Shown here piece after piece: positions 1 to 10,509 of a DNA stretch of 64,000 nucleotides. How positions within the stretch are numbered: the first letter of the stretch is position 1; each line of letters starts with the position of its first letter. The notes beneath the pieces are model-generated. The model saw only the letters and a list, made by a program, of their open reading frames with translations, searched no databases and was not told the DNA's origin. The position numbers and the translations under genes were made by a program. The stretch spans positions 28,774 to 92,773 of the forward strand of contig CAYSCZ010000005.1 in assembly GCA_964429655.1 (NCBI GenBank). The letters are read 5' to 3'. This DNA comes from an uncultured Roseivirgaceae bacterium (GTDB lineage Bacteria; Bacteroidota; Bacteroidia; Cytophagales; Cyclobacteriaceae).

Positions 1-15
1 TTACAAGAAGAATAT

Positions 16-333
16 GTGACCGTGAATTTTCGGTTGGAAGAAGAAAAAATAGAAGATGATGTATATCTGATTGGACACTTTAATAATTGGTCTTTTACAG
101 AGGAAAATAAAATCAGATTTGATTCATTAAATAACAACTATTCATATGAGTGGTTACTGAAGCAAGGGTTATACAATTACATATATGCTACAAAGAACGA
201 AAAAAATCCATATCCATTTGACGGATCATTTTTTGAAGCTGAAAACGAATATGAGGTAATTGTCTATTTCCGAGACCCCATAAGACGCAATGACCTCGTG
301 GCAGGATATAAATCAATCTCAAGCAGAAACTAA
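16..333 (+). CDS. 3' end of a CDS running in from upstream of the window. The C-terminal domain resembles a CBM48/E-set (glycogen-binding-like) beta-sandwich.
   Basis: The ORF is open to the window edge. The motif VYLIGHFNNWS ... YEWLLKQGLYNYIY ... YEVIVYFRD resembles the CBM48/AMPK-beta GBD pattern (VxLxGdFNnW ... Y.Y). Recognition is from memory only. Confidence 0.35.
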   Translation: MTVNFRLEEEKIEDDVYLIGHFNNWSFTEENKIRFDSLNNNYSYEWLLKQGLYNYIYATKNEKNPYPFDGSFFEAENEYEVIVYFRDPIRRNDLVAGYKSISSRN

Positions 334-1140
334 AGATCTGAAATCGTATGGTACGGCCCTGGAGATTGGATTCCTGTTCGCGATATCCAACATACCAAAA
401 CCTTTATGACAAAAATTACCTAATCCACAGGTGAAGACAAAATCCTGCATTTCCATTGGGGCATATAAAATAAAAGGAAAAGTATACCCCCTAACTTCAA
501 ATTTTATATCATTTTCAAAGACTGGATAAATTCTGGCAAATTTCTTATTGGATTTTCTTAAACGTTCTATGTATTGATTATCAGGAACTACTTGAAATTT
601 TTGATAATCCTTGATTTTCGTAACATCTATGCCAAATTGTCCCATTCTATGAATAGTAGATTGAAATATGTAATCTGAAAATTCATCCGACTGTGGTTCC
701 ACAAAACGCTTTCCGGAATCGTCCTGGAAGTTTGGTTGCACTATGATCAAAGGTGATATACAGATATATTTACTTCCGTTGTTAAAGTCCTCTAAATATT
801 CTTCCTCTACACTTTCAGGAGTGATGTTAAGATTTCCTATCTGTATGGTTGGATAAATAAATAATTCGTTTAAGAAATAGTCCACAAACTCCTGATTAGG
901 AGTCGATAATACGAGTGTTACTTTGTTACTTTGATAATGGAGACCATTTTTGCTAACGCGGGTTTGACCTTTTAAACCAGAAAAGTTATAAAAATTGTAA
1001 TCAGCAAATTCTTTGCTATTTCCGTTTAATAATATCCCTTTTATTGTTTGGGATAGCAAATATTGGTGATGAAACGGAACGACAGCACCCTTGTTTTTTA
1101 CCTTGAAAGTGATCCTTATTCTCATTTTAAAAAATTCCAT
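319..1140 (-). CDS. cas6: Cas6-family CRISPR endoribonuclease homolog (stand-alone).
   Basis: The N-terminus MRIRITFKVKNKGAVVPFHHQYLLSQTIKGIL parallels Pyrococcus Cas6 (MRFLIRL...FKVPYNHQYYLQGLIYNAI). The C-terminal glycine-rich loop GLGNFCHKGFG matches the Cas6 GhGxxxxxGhG signature. Length of 273 aa is typical. Confidence 0.7.
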   Translation of the reverse strand: MEFFKMRIRITFKVKNKGAVVPFHHQYLLSQTIKGILLNGNSKEFADYNFYNFSGLKGQTRVSKNGLHYQSNKVTLVLSTPNQEFVDYFLNELFIYPTIQIGNLNITPESVEEEYLEDFNNGSKYICISPLIIVQPNFQDDSGKRFVEPQSDEFSDYIFQSTIHRMGQFGIDVTKIKDYQKFQVVPDNQYIERLRKSNKKFARIYPVFENDIKFEVRGYTFPFILYAPMEMQDFVFTCGLGNFCHKGFGMLDIANRNPISRAVPYDFRSLVSA

Positions 1141-1196
1141 TAAATAGAAAATAAACTTTAAGAATTTATAAAATGTTTAAGAATCTTTAAACAAAG

Positions 1197-2291
1197 TCAG
1201 ACATTAAATCTGAAATGCATAATGTCTCCGTCCTTAACAATATAATCTTTTCCTTCAATAGAGATCTTACCGGCCTCTCTGCATGCTAATTCGGATTTAT
1301 AAGCTTCGTAATCCGTTAGTTTAATAACCTCTGCTTTGATAAAGCCTTGTTCAAAATCTGAGTGAATAACACCGGCAGCTTTGGGGGCTTTCCATCCATT
1401 CCTTATGGTCCATGCCCTCACTTCTTTTTCCCCTGCGGTAAAGTAAGTGATGAGATTAAGTATTTTGTATGAGGTTTTTATTAATTGATCAAGACCGGAG
1501 GCTTTCAATCCATATTCTTCTAAAAACAGCTGTTTTTCTTCTTCTTCAAGTTCAGCTATCTGCGCTTCGATTGCAGCTGATATTATCACCATTTCGGCTC
1601 CTTCACCTTTGATGTTTTCTCTAAACTTTTTTACTAAATCATTCCCATCTGGAATGGACGATTCATCTACATTAGTCACGTAGATTACTGGTTTATAGGT
1701 CAATAATTGCAGTGATCGCACCAATAGATCCGATTCTTTATCTAATGCGAGCTGCCTTACATTGTTGCCTTCTTCTAAGTTATTTTTTACCGTTGTTAAA
1801 ATCTCTAGCTCTGATTTTGCTGCTTTATCTCCTGATTTTGCAATCTTCTCAATTCTAACTATTCTTTTATCCACAGTTTCCAAGTCCTTTAATTGGAGCT
1901 CGGCATCAATAATTTCTCTATCAGAAACAGGGTCTATTTTTCCATCAACATGGACTATGTTGTCATCATAAAAACACCTGACCACGTGGATAATCGCATC
2001 CACTTCTCTGATGTTGGCCAAAAATTTATTACCTAACCCCTCTCCTTTACTAGCACCTTTAACCAAGCCAGCTATATCCACAAATTCTATAACTGTGGGA
2101 ATCAGTTCCTTAGGTTTGACAATTTCTTTTAATATCTCTAGTCGTTGGTCCGGAACATATACCACACCAACGTTAGGATCAATGGTGCAAAATGGGAAAT
2201 TTGCAGCATCGGCTTTTGCAGATGAGATGGCATTAAACAAAGTTGATTTGCCAACATTTGGGAGACCAACAATTCCACAACGTAAGCCCAT
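1197..2291 (-). CDS. ychF: Ribosome-binding ATPase YchF (Obg-family GTPase).
   Basis: Begins [21 protein letters not shown] (P-loop), has the TGS-like C-terminus, and is 364 aa. Confidence 0.95.
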   Translation of the reverse strand: MGLRCGIVGLPNVGKSTLFNAISSAKADAANFPFCTIDPNVGVVYVPDQRLEILKEIVKPKELIPTVIEFVDIAGLVKGASKGEGLGNKFLANIREVDAIIHVVRCFYDDNIVHVDGKIDPVSDREIIDAELQLKDLETVDKRIVRIEKIAKSGDKAAKSELEILTTVKNNLEEGNNVRQLALDKESDLLVRSLQLLTYKPVIYVTNVDESSIPDGNDLVKKFRENIKGEGAEMVIISAAIEAQIAELEEEEKQLFLEEYGLKASGLDQLIKTSYKILNLITYFTAGEKEVRAWTIRNGWKAPKAAGVIHSDFEQGFIKAEVIKLTDYEAYKSELACREAGKISIEGKDYIVKDGDIMHFRFNV

Positions 2292-2297
2292 AACTAT

Positions 2298-3383
2298 TTA
2301 TAATTTAAATATTTGGTAACTTTTATAGCCATTGTAAACTTCAAGGGCTGACACTCTGATGATGGTATAAACCGGTATGGCAGCAATCATACCTGGAATG
2401 CCAGCTATCGTCGCACCAGCGAAAATAATAACAAAAATTTCTAATGGATGTGCTTTCACACTTCTGGAAAAAATTAATGGTTGTAAAAGCACATTATCTG
2501 TAACCTGTACAACAACAAATACCGAGAGGATTTGTATTGATAATAGTCCTGTTTCGAATGAAAATGCATAAGACTCAGCCGTTGATATGCCTACCAATAT
2601 TCCGAATGTTCCGCCCAAAAGCGGGCCAAGATAAGGAATAAGATTAGCTACAGCAGCAAATACAGCAATGGTAATTGCATATTTAATGCTAAATATTGAT
2701 AACCCAATTGAGGCCAGTGTGAAAATGCTAAACATCTGAAATAATAATCCAAGAAGATAGTTAGACAGCAACTTTTCTATTTTGAATAGTGCCACAATAA
2801 AAACTTCAAAATATCTATTCGGAATAAGTGATATGATTTGACGACGAAGTATACCATTTTCGAATAACAGAAAAAAAGTAATGAAGGTTATAGCTAGTAA
2901 GGTAATAAAGAAAGTACCGGTAAGCGACAATAAATTATTTAATAATCGGGTGAAGTCAATATTGGTAAATGATGACAAAAATGTGTCTCCTAAACTATTT
3001 ACTATAAATCCCTCAGGTTCATTTGTGAAGTCATTTTCAATTAAAAATGTCTCAAGGAATGCTAGTGGTTTCAATATTTCGGTATAGATTTCTATAAAAT
3101 CTACTTTAGAAATAATCTCCACTTGTTCTGAAATAAGCGGAACAAATAGCAAAATAAAAAGGCATATAATAAATATTATTGAACCAAACGATATAATGAT
3201 AGCGAGGAACCTTGGGACATTACTGCCCAACAATTGAATTCTGTTGATGTAATTTGTAAGCGGCCTAAGTATGGTTGCAATTACCAAAGATATGCTTATG
3301 TAAAGAAAAATATTTGAGAAATACCATCCCAGAGCTATAATGAGCACCAAAATGAGTATTGCCTTGATAGCATTGCCATTCAT
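2298..3383 (-). CDS. AI-2E family transporter (PerM/YhhT-like, UPF0118).
   Basis: Polytopic membrane protein of 361 aa. The conserved C-terminal block [40 protein letters not shown] is typical of PF01594. Confidence 0.8.
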   Translation of the reverse strand: MNGNAIKAILILVLIIALGWYFSNIFLYISISLVIATILRPLTNYINRIQLLGSNVPRFLAIIISFGSIIFIICLFILLFVPLISEQVEIISKVDFIEIYTEILKPLAFLETFLIENDFTNEPEGFIVNSLGDTFLSSFTNIDFTRLLNNLLSLTGTFFITLLAITFITFFLLFENGILRRQIISLIPNRYFEVFIVALFKIEKLLSNYLLGLLFQMFSIFTLASIGLSIFSIKYAITIAVFAAVANLIPYLGPLLGGTFGILVGISTAESYAFSFETGLLSIQILSVFVVVQVTDNVLLQPLIFSRSVKAHPLEIFVIIFAGATIAGIPGMIAAIPVYTIIRVSALEVYNGYKSYQIFKL

Positions 3384-3391
3384 TCTTTGAA

Positions 3392-3420
3392 ATAAAAAAA
3401 GCTCTTGAGAAACAAGAGCC
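3392..3420 (-). terminator. Rho-independent terminator downstream of the DUF3276 gene.
   Basis: Perfect 7-bp stem GCTCTTG / CAAGAGC with a 5-nt loop, followed on the minus strand by a T7 run. Confidence 0.5.
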
Positions 3421-3452
3421 TAAATCTAAAATCTTAAAATCAAAGTTTTATT

Positions 3453-3857
3453 CTATTCCCACTTTAATTCGGTATCATCATCCGATCCTGTTGCTACTGT
3501 TTCTTCTTCAAAATTCTCATCTTTATCAAACTTCGTAAAATCTACTTCGGGTAGCAATTCAGTTTTGACGTGATTAACGGTTCCATTAAGTGCATCGATG
3601 AATTTGTTGAAATCTTCTTTATACAAAAAAATCTTGTGTTTTTCATAAAAGTATCCATCATCCTTATACCTTCGTTTACTTTCAGTAATTGTAAGATAAT
3701 AGTCATTAGACCTTGTTGATTTAATGTCAAAAAAATAAGTCCTTTTACCCGCCCTTACTTTTTCAGAGTAAATCTCAGCTCTTCCTTTGTCGTTATTCTC
3801 CACTGCTTTAATAGGTTTTGTGATTAGAAAGATAATATTTTTAAAAATCCTGTACAA
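3453..3857 (-). CDS. DUF3276 (Pur-alpha-like nucleic-acid-binding) protein.
   Basis: 134 aa. Repeated blocks (RAGKRTYFFDIK ... YYLTITE ... YEKHKIFLYKEDFNKF) with an acidic tail are typical of the Bacteroidetes DUF3276/PurA-like family. Confidence 0.55.
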   Translation of the reverse strand: MYRIFKNIIFLITKPIKAVENNDKGRAEIYSEKVRAGKRTYFFDIKSTRSNDYYLTITESKRRYKDDGYFYEKHKIFLYKEDFNKFIDALNGTVNHVKTELLPEVDFTKFDKDENFEEETVATGSDDDTELKWE

Positions 3858-4002
3858 AACAATGCTAAATATAGCATTTTAACAACCTTTGTTTCAATTT
3901 ATTAATAACTGTGACAGTTATGATTAATGAATTATTGGCATAGCATTTTGTAAATGTTAAACCATTTGCATCATTTTTACTTAAATGTTAAGAATATAAA
4001 TA

Positions 4003-4911
4003 ATGAATACCATTAACCTTCAGACAGTCAAAGCTCTAAATAATCTGGACTTTTTGGCTAAGCAACTTGTGGAGGGGTTTATTACAGGTTTACATAAATC
4101 CCCTTACCATGGATTCTCTGTTGAATTTGCGGAACATAGATTGTACAACACCGGAGAGAGTACAAGGCATATAGACTGGAAAGTGTTTGCTAAGACCGAT
4201 AGGTTATATGTTAAACAATTTGAAGAAGAGACAAATCTAAGATGTTACCTGGTGATTGATAATTCTTCATCGATGTACTATCCAACTAAGAATAAAGGGA
4301 AAATTAAATTTTCGATTCTGGCAGGTGCTGCAATAGCATATTTTTTACATAAGCAAAGAGATGCTGTAGGATTATTTACTTTTTCAGATAAGATTGACAC
4401 ACAGACTCAGGTGAAATCATCAGGTATTCATCTCAATAAATTATTCACTATACTAGAAAACCTCCTAAAACCTGATAAATCACCAAAAAAAACCGATATT
4501 CCCCCAATACTTCATGAAATTGCTGAAAAAGTACATAAACGCTCATTAATTATAATCTTTAGTGACTTTTTTCAGTCATACGACTCAAGATTACAATTAA
4601 TCAACTCATTACAACATCTTAAGCATAATAAACATGAGGTAATACTCTTTCATGTATTAGATAAAAAGACTGAGGTTGAATTTGATTTCAGCGATCGACC
4701 CTATAAATTCCTAAACCTTGAAGATAATACCTCAATAAAACTTTCTCCAGAGGTCGTGAAAGAGGAATATGTTAATACCGTAAAAGAATTTCTTTATGAC
4801 CTAAAAATCAGATGTTCTCAATTGAAAATTGACTATGTCGAAACAGATATAAGTGAAGATTTTAAAAAAGTGCTGACTACTTACTTAGTGAAAAGGTCAA
4901 AAATGAAATGA
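4003..4911 (+). CDS. DUF58 domain protein (MoxR-associated family).
   Basis: The motif HKSPYHGFSVEFAEHRLYNTGESTRHIDWKVFAKTDRLYVKQFEEE matches the conserved DUF58 core. Confidence 0.75.
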   Translation: MNTINLQTVKALNNLDFLAKQLVEGFITGLHKSPYHGFSVEFAEHRLYNTGESTRHIDWKVFAKTDRLYVKQFEEETNLRCYLVIDNSSSMYYPTKNKGKIKFSILAGAAIAYFLHKQRDAVGLFTFSDKIDTQTQVKSSGIHLNKLFTILENLLKPDKSPKKTDIPPILHEIAEKVHKRSLIIIFSDFFQSYDSRLQLINSLQHLKHNKHEVILFHVLDKKTEVEFDFSDRPYKFLNLEDNTSIKLSPEVVKEEYVNTVKEFLYDLKIRCSQLKIDYVETDISEDFKKVLTTYLVKRSKMK

Positions 4912-4947
4912 GTCGAACCTATTTATAAGCTCGACTCAAAAATATAT

Positions 4948-5310
4948 CTAAGCATTTTGTGTCTCCTGATGAAGCCATTCTTTTTTAGCCACTAATTCTT
5001 CTTCTATTTCTTCATTATCCGGATCATCAACGCAACAATCTACAGGGCAAACAGCAGCGCATTGAGGCTCTTCATGAAAACCAGTACACTCCGTACATTT
5101 ACCGGTAACGATATAATAAAATTCATCTGAGACAGGTTCTTGCGGCTCATCAACATCTACTGTGGTACCATCAGCAAGTTCTATTTCTCCAGATAGGTTA
5201 GTTCCTCCTGCCCAGGTCCATTCAACACCGCCTTCATATATTGCAGTGTTAGGGCATTCAGGTTCACAGGCGCCACAGTTTATGCATTCATCTGTTATTA
5301 TTATTGCCAT
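4948..5310 (-). CDS. 4Fe-4S dicluster ferredoxin.
   Basis: [12 protein letters not shown] plus a second CxxCxxxCP cysteine cluster; 120 aa with an acidic C-terminus. Confidence 0.8.
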   Translation of the reverse strand: MAIIITDECINCGACEPECPNTAIYEGGVEWTWAGGTNLSGEIELADGTTVDVDEPQEPVSDEFYYIVTGKCTECTGFHEEPQCAAVCPVDCCVDDPDNEEIEEELVAKKEWLHQETQNA

Positions 5311-5388
5311 AATTTTAACGTTTTATCTTATTATAATATACCAAAATTAAATACATTAAGTTTGGGGGCAAAGTTATACTTATTATAA

Positions 5389-6402
5389 ATGTCCGATCTT
5401 AATAAAAAAATTGAATTATTTGGAGAACTTGGCAACAAAATAAAGGGACTAACAGAACAAGCGTATCAAGAAATTATTACGCGGGCAAATGCCATAAATC
5501 CTTGGTTTACAGAAGAAAATATTAGACTTGCCTTTAAAGGATTGACCCACTTTTTTGATCAGGATAACTTAAGGCATTGGCTATCCAACTACTCAATAAA
5601 GTATAGCGCTCCTAAAAATATAGGTTTGATCATGGCTGGTAACGTGCCAATGGTTGGAATGCATGACTTATTATGCGTTTTAATAACAGGAAATACCGCT
5701 ACTATTAAGTACAGTAGCCAGGATACATACCTTCCAGAAGTTATTATAAATTGGCTTTCGGAAATTGATTCAGATATCAATAGTCATGTTCGAATTGTTG
5801 ATCGTATAAAAAGCGTAAATGCAATAATTGCCACAGGTAGCAATAATTCATCCCGATATTTTAAGTATTATTTTAAACATATACCTCACTTTATTAGAAA
5901 AAACAGAACAGGAATCGCAGTACTTAGTGGTTATGAGACTAAAAATGAACTGGAAGATCTCGGCAAAGATATATTCTATTATTTTGGATTAGGTTGTAGG
6001 AATGTGTCAAAAATCTTTGTCCCAGAACAATATAATTTTCGACACCTTAAAGATGCTTTATCACAGTTTGAGCACCTTAAAGACCATAACAAATACAGGA
6101 ACAACTACGATTATCAAAAGGCAATTTTATTGGTAAATAATATTGGCCACATTGATACGGGATTTTGCATTTTTAGATTAAGCGATGAGCTGGTATCGCC
6201 GATTTCAACGATATACTATCAAGAATATAAATCTATGAATGATCTAAAATCTTACATAGATCAGAATAAAGACAAAGTACAGGTGGTGGTAAGTAACAAT
6301 AAATTTAATGTGCCTACCGTAAAATTTGGTCAGGCGCAGTTTCCTGAGTTATGGGACTATGCCGATGGGATTGACACAATCGCCTTCTTAACGGGCTTAT
6401 AG
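5389..6402 (+). CDS. Acyl-CoA reductase (LuxC-like) family protein.
   Basis: About 337 aa. The motif GNVPMVGMHDLLCVLITGN resembles the Bacteroidetes LuxC-family acyl-CoA reductases. Confidence 0.6.
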   Translation: MSDLNKKIELFGELGNKIKGLTEQAYQEIITRANAINPWFTEENIRLAFKGLTHFFDQDNLRHWLSNYSIKYSAPKNIGLIMAGNVPMVGMHDLLCVLITGNTATIKYSSQDTYLPEVIINWLSEIDSDINSHVRIVDRIKSVNAIIATGSNNSSRYFKYYFKHIPHFIRKNRTGIAVLSGYETKNELEDLGKDIFYYFGLGCRNVSKIFVPEQYNFRHLKDALSQFEHLKDHNKYRNNYDYQKAILLVNNIGHIDTGFCIFRLSDELVSPISTIYYQEYKSMNDLKSYIDQNKDKVQVVVSNNKFNVPTVKFGQAQFPELWDYADGIDTIAFLTGL

Positions 6403-6481
6403 ATATCTGTTGTTAAGAAGACCTCGTTTGATTAGATTTAATCATATTTTAGAACAATTATCAATTTTAAAAAACCATACC

Positions 6482-9229
6482 ATGAAGAAAGACTATTTTG
6501 GCATTGTAAAGCAAATAAGCACTCCATTAGGAACCCATAAATATTTCAGCTTAAAAGAATTAGAAAAGCAAGGGAAAAATGTTTCCAGGCTACCCTTTTC
6601 AATCAGAATATTATTAGAAAATGCACTTAGGAATTACGACGGTTTTTCTGTTACTGAAGAACACCTAAATACACTTTTGAATTGGAAAGAGACAGCCAGC
6701 GTAAAAGATATTCCTTATTCCCCTGCCAGAGTATTGATGCAAGATTTCACAGGTGTTCCTGCTGTTGTGGATATTGCTTCAATTAGATCTGAAGTATCCA
6801 GAAAAGGAAAAGATACCTCCAAGATAAATCCCAGGGTACCAGTGGACATGATCATCGATCATTCTGTCCAGGTAGATTTTTTTGGAACTAATAATTCTTA
6901 TCAAAAAAATGTGGCGTTAGAATATCAGAGAAACTGGGAACGATATAAACTTCTAAAGTGGGCCCAGCAAGCATTTGATGACTTTAGTGTCTTACCTCCC
7001 GGCATGGGAATATGTCACCAGGTTAATTTAGAATATTTAGCCAAATGCGTTATCGAAAGAGATGGGTACCTGATCCCTGACACATTGGTAGGAACGGATT
7101 CCCACACGCCAATGGTTAATGGTATCGGCGTGCTGGGATGGGGTGTTGGAGGTATTGAAGCAGAAGCTGCCATGTTAGGTCAACCGATTAATATGATACT
7201 ACCGGAAGTAGTTGGACTAAAGTTAACGGATAAACTTCCTGAGGGGACGACCTCTACAGATTTAGTGCTAACCATAACAAAAATCCTTAGAGACTATAAA
7301 GTAGTCGGGAAATTTGTAGAAATCTTCGGTCCTGGTCTTGAAAATTTAACCATTCCGGATAGAGCGACTATATCGAATATGTCTCCCGAGTTTGGTTGTA
7401 CAGATACGCATTGGCCCATTGACAATCAAACCATCGCTTACATGAAAATAACCAATAGGCCAAAAGATCATATTGAGATGGTTGAAGCTTATGCCAGAGA
7501 AAACATGCTATGGAGAGAAAAAGATGATATTATCGAGTACACCGATGTAATTGAACTTGACTTAAGCACGATTGAGCCTACGATCTCTGGACCTAAAAGA
7601 CCGCAGGATAAAATACTATTGAAAGAAGCTAAAGAAAAAATTATAAGCTTATTAAAAGATGTTCATGATAGAGAATACATTCCTGTTGATGAAAGAAATG
7701 GAGGCGATCCTCAAAAATCTGAATGGCTAAATCAGGGAGGTTCTGTGGAGATTCCGGAAAAAGTACAATCAATGAGAACGGTTCCGCTTAAAGTTGGCGA
7801 TGTTAATTACAATCTAAGTGATGGGTCAGTTGTGGTGGCTGCAATAACCTCCTGTACCAATACATCAAATCCATCTGTGATGATTGGGGCCGGATTGGTC
7901 GCAAAAAAAGCAATAGAACGCGGAATTTCAGTAAAACCCTGGGTAAAAACTTCCCTGGCCCCGGGCTCAAGGGTAGTAACTGACTATCTTGAAAAATCAA
8001 GACTATTGCCGTTCTTGGAATCATTAAGATTTCATGTGGTTGGCTATGGCTGCACCACTTGCATAGGAAATTCAGGTGACATGCCGCAGCACATTCAAAA
8101 AGCTGTTATTGACCATGATCTTGTGGTAAGTTCAGTACTGTCAGGTAACAGAAACTTTGAAGCCAGAATACACCCAAACATAAAAATGAATTTTCTCGCC
8201 TCACCAATGCTTGTGGTTGCTTATGCACTGGCTGGAAGGACTGATTTTGACATGAATATTGAGCCTTTAGGACATGATCCAAACGGTGATCCTGTGTATA
8301 TGAAAGATATATGGCCCTCACCACAAGAGATCAATGAACTAATGAGTAAGGTTGTGACACCGGAAGATTATAATAAAACCTATGAAAACATTTTTGAAGG
8401 AGATGAATTCTGGGCAAATCTTGACGCACCGTCTGGTAAGATTTATCAATGGGATGAGCAATCCACTTATATACAGGAGGCTCCTTTTTTTAAAAATATA
8501 TCTGAAGATGTAAAAAACCCTGAAAATATAAAAGGAGCTATGGTCCTGCTTCAATTAGGGGATAGTGTGACAACAGATCACATTTCACCTGCTGGAAAAT
8601 TTCTTTCAGAGCAGCCCGCGGGCAGATATCTGATGGATAAAGGTGTTGAGCCAAAAGATTTTAATTCTTATGGTTCAAGAAGAGGGAATCATGAAGTGAT
8701 GATGAGAGGTACTTTTGCTAATGTCAGGATCAAGAATAAACTTGCAAAAAAAGAGGGAGGATGGACTACATATCACCCGACAGGTGAAGAGATGACTATT
8801 TACGATGCCGCCATGAAATACAGCCAGGAGGAATCACCTTTGGTAGTGATTGGTGGAAAAGAATATGGTTCCGGCTCCTCCAGGGATTGGGCAGCTAAAG
8901 GGACTAAGCTTCTTGGTGTCAAAGCTGTGATCGCGGAAAGTTATGAACGTATCCATCGATCAAATTTGGTCGGAATGGGTGTTTTACCAATCCAATTCAC
9001 AGAAGGTGAAGGACAAGAATCATTAGGGCTTGATGGAACAGAAACCTATGACATAGAAGGCATTGATGAAAATCTAACAGCACGCAAAGAAGTGATTATA
9101 ACAGCCACTAAAAATGGATCAGCCAAGACTTTTAAAGGAATTCTAAGATTAGATTCTAGTATTGATGTTGAATACTATAAAAACGGTGGGATTTTGAATT
9201 ACGTTCTTAGGAATTTTTTGAAAAATTAA
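6482..9229 (+). CDS. acnA: Aconitate hydratase A.
   Basis: Contains MQDFTGVPAVVDIASIR, SGNRNFEARIHP and cysteine ligands CTNTSNP / CIGNSG. The start was moved to the in-frame ATG at 6482 (MKKDYFG), giving about 915 aa. Confidence 0.95.
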   Translation: MKKDYFGIVKQISTPLGTHKYFSLKELEKQGKNVSRLPFSIRILLENALRNYDGFSVTEEHLNTLLNWKETASVKDIPYSPARVLMQDFTGVPAVVDIASIRSEVSRKGKDTSKINPRVPVDMIIDHSVQVDFFGTNNSYQKNVALEYQRNWERYKLLKWAQQAFDDFSVLPPGMGICHQVNLEYLAKCVIERDGYLIPDTLVGTDSHTPMVNGIGVLGWGVGGIEAEAAMLGQPINMILPEVVGLKLTDKLPEGTTSTDLVLTITKILRDYKVVGKFVEIFGPGLENLTIPDRATISNMSPEFGCTDTHWPIDNQTIAYMKITNRPKDHIEMVEAYARENMLWREKDDIIEYTDVIELDLSTIEPTISGPKRPQDKILLKEAKEKIISLLKDVHDREYIPVDERNGGDPQKSEWLNQGGSVEIPEKVQSMRTVPLKVGDVNYNLSDGSVVVAAITSCTNTSNPSVMIGAGLVAKKAIERGISVKPWVKTSLAPGSRVVTDYLEKSRLLPFLESLRFHVVGYGCTTCIGNSGDMPQHIQKAVIDHDLVVSSVLSGNRNFEARIHPNIKMNFLASPMLVVAYALAGRTDFDMNIEPLGHDPNGDPVYMKDIWPSPQEINELMSKVVTPEDYNKTYENIFEGDEFWANLDAPSGKIYQWDEQSTYIQEAPFFKNISEDVKNPENIKGAMVLLQLGDSVTTDHISPAGKFLSEQPAGRYLMDKGVEPKDFNSYGSRRGNHEVMMRGTFANVRIKNKLAKKEGGWTTYHPTGEEMTIYDAAMKYSQEESPLVVIGGKEYGSGSSRDWAAKGTKLLGVKAVIAESYERIHRSNLVGMGVLPIQFTEGEGQESLGLDGTETYDIEGIDENLTARKEVIITATKNGSAKTFKGILRLDSSIDVEYYKNGGILNYVLRNFLKN

Positions 9230-9244
9230 TTTCGCTTTATAGAT

Positions 9245-9276
9245 AAAAGCTGGTGTGAAAAGCCAGCTTTTTTTAT
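9245..9276. terminator. Bidirectional rho-independent terminator between the convergent acnA and membrane-protein genes.
   Basis: AAAAGCTGG-TGTGAAA-GCCAGCTTTTTTTT, with an A-run on one side and a T-run on the other. Confidence 0.6.
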
Positions 9277-10403
9277 AACACTTTCACTCCTTCTTTTTTG
9301 AATAAAATTGATTGTAGTAACCTTTCCAGGTTAATCTTATCTACTACATTAATACCTTCAATGTCAATCCTCATAATATTTTTATATTTTTTCTGTTCTT
9401 CCAGTTCAAGCTGATTTTTATTATTGAGCATTTTACGCCTTAGTTCAAGTTCATCATGATTCATTACTTTCACTTTACTTCCACCAACTTCTTGAGACTT
9501 CACATCAAAAGCTATTGCTGCCAAATCTTCAAATTCGATCTCTTTGAGGTTACTTAGCTTGCCTCCACGCATACGATAATAACGAAAGGCTTTAGATGAA
9601 ATCTCTATAATATAGGTTTGTAGATATTTATTTACTATGTAATAAATATTAAAACCAAAAATACCAATCAGCAAAATTGGGAAAACGTTAAATAAATTAG
9701 AAACTTCTTTAGCACCCATTATTCCAAAACCCAAACCTGCAAGAATTAAAATTGTGAAAAGGATTACATAATGCCTGGGTCTAACCCTGTTTCTCCATTC
9801 TATAATCACAGATTTCTCAAATTTTTTCATGCTCATACCGATGGGCAATTCCGGGGGACGTTCTTCAATAGAAACAGTTTTTATTTTGACTAAACTTTTT
9901 AATCCCTCAACTAACTTCTTCGCTTCATCTTCACTTGTATATGACATCAGATCCCAAAAGCTTTGGTCTTTCTTTTGCCAATATACATGGTAATAAGTTG
10001 TAGCATTATCGCTAGAGGTATCTCTTTCTTTCCTGTAATCAAATTTCTCAATCTCATTATAAGCGATTTCTGCAATTATCTGCTCACCTTTATAATTTTT
10101 AGAGGTGACCAATATTCTACCTTTACTATTATCGAATACCAGCTTATGCGGACTTTCTCGTATAGAGGTCATGGTGGCTAATGCCGCGGAGGTAATAATC
10201 AGTCCTAAACCAGCAATAACAAATGAAAAAACTGGTGCTCCCTCTTCGGTATTGTGTAATGTAAAATAAAATCCTAACCCAATTAATAAGCCAAGTGCAC
10301 CAACTGCCAATAATGTCCCAACGAAACATCCGCTTTTCCATTTTGAGGATTCAAAAAGCAATTTATTTGGATTGCTCTTATCGAATTTATAATTATAGGC
10401 CAT
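9273..10403 (-). CDS. Membrane protein with two TM-hairpin + PH-like (bPH_2/YdbT-like) modules.
   Basis: Two hydrophobic hairpins (around aa 25-70 and 210-260) are each followed by a soluble beta-rich segment, which suggests an internal duplication. Family assignment is tentative. Confidence 0.4.
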   Translation of the reverse strand: MAYNYKFDKSNPNKLLFESSKWKSGCFVGTLLAVGALGLLIGLGFYFTLHNTEEGAPVFSFVIAGLGLIITSAALATMTSIRESPHKLVFDNSKGRILVTSKNYKGEQIIAEIAYNEIEKFDYRKERDTSSDNATTYYHVYWQKKDQSFWDLMSYTSEDEAKKLVEGLKSLVKIKTVSIEERPPELPIGMSMKKFEKSVIIEWRNRVRPRHYVILFTILILAGLGFGIMGAKEVSNLFNVFPILLIGIFGFNIYYIVNKYLQTYIIEISSKAFRYYRMRGGKLSNLKEIEFEDLAAIAFDVKSQEVGGSKVKVMNHDELELRRKMLNNKNQLELEEQKKYKNIMRIDIEGINVVDKINLERLLQSILFKKEGVKVL

Positions 10404-10509
10404 TTTTAGTAATAATTATCTTATTCCGAAACAAGATAAAACTTATTGGGGATAAGTACAAAATAACAAATATTACAGCCCTACTAAAAGTAAAAAGGCA
10501 CATAATGTT

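Noticed and set aside
1762-2319. Plus-strand ORFs (69 and 102 aa) antisense within ychF.
   Set aside because: They are entirely embedded in a strongly supported conserved gene. Their composition is low-complexity (S/L/T-rich), as expected for antisense frames.
7803-8554. Three 71-73-aa minus-strand ORFs inside acnA.
   Set aside because: Antisense to a highly conserved gene, with no start context or domain.
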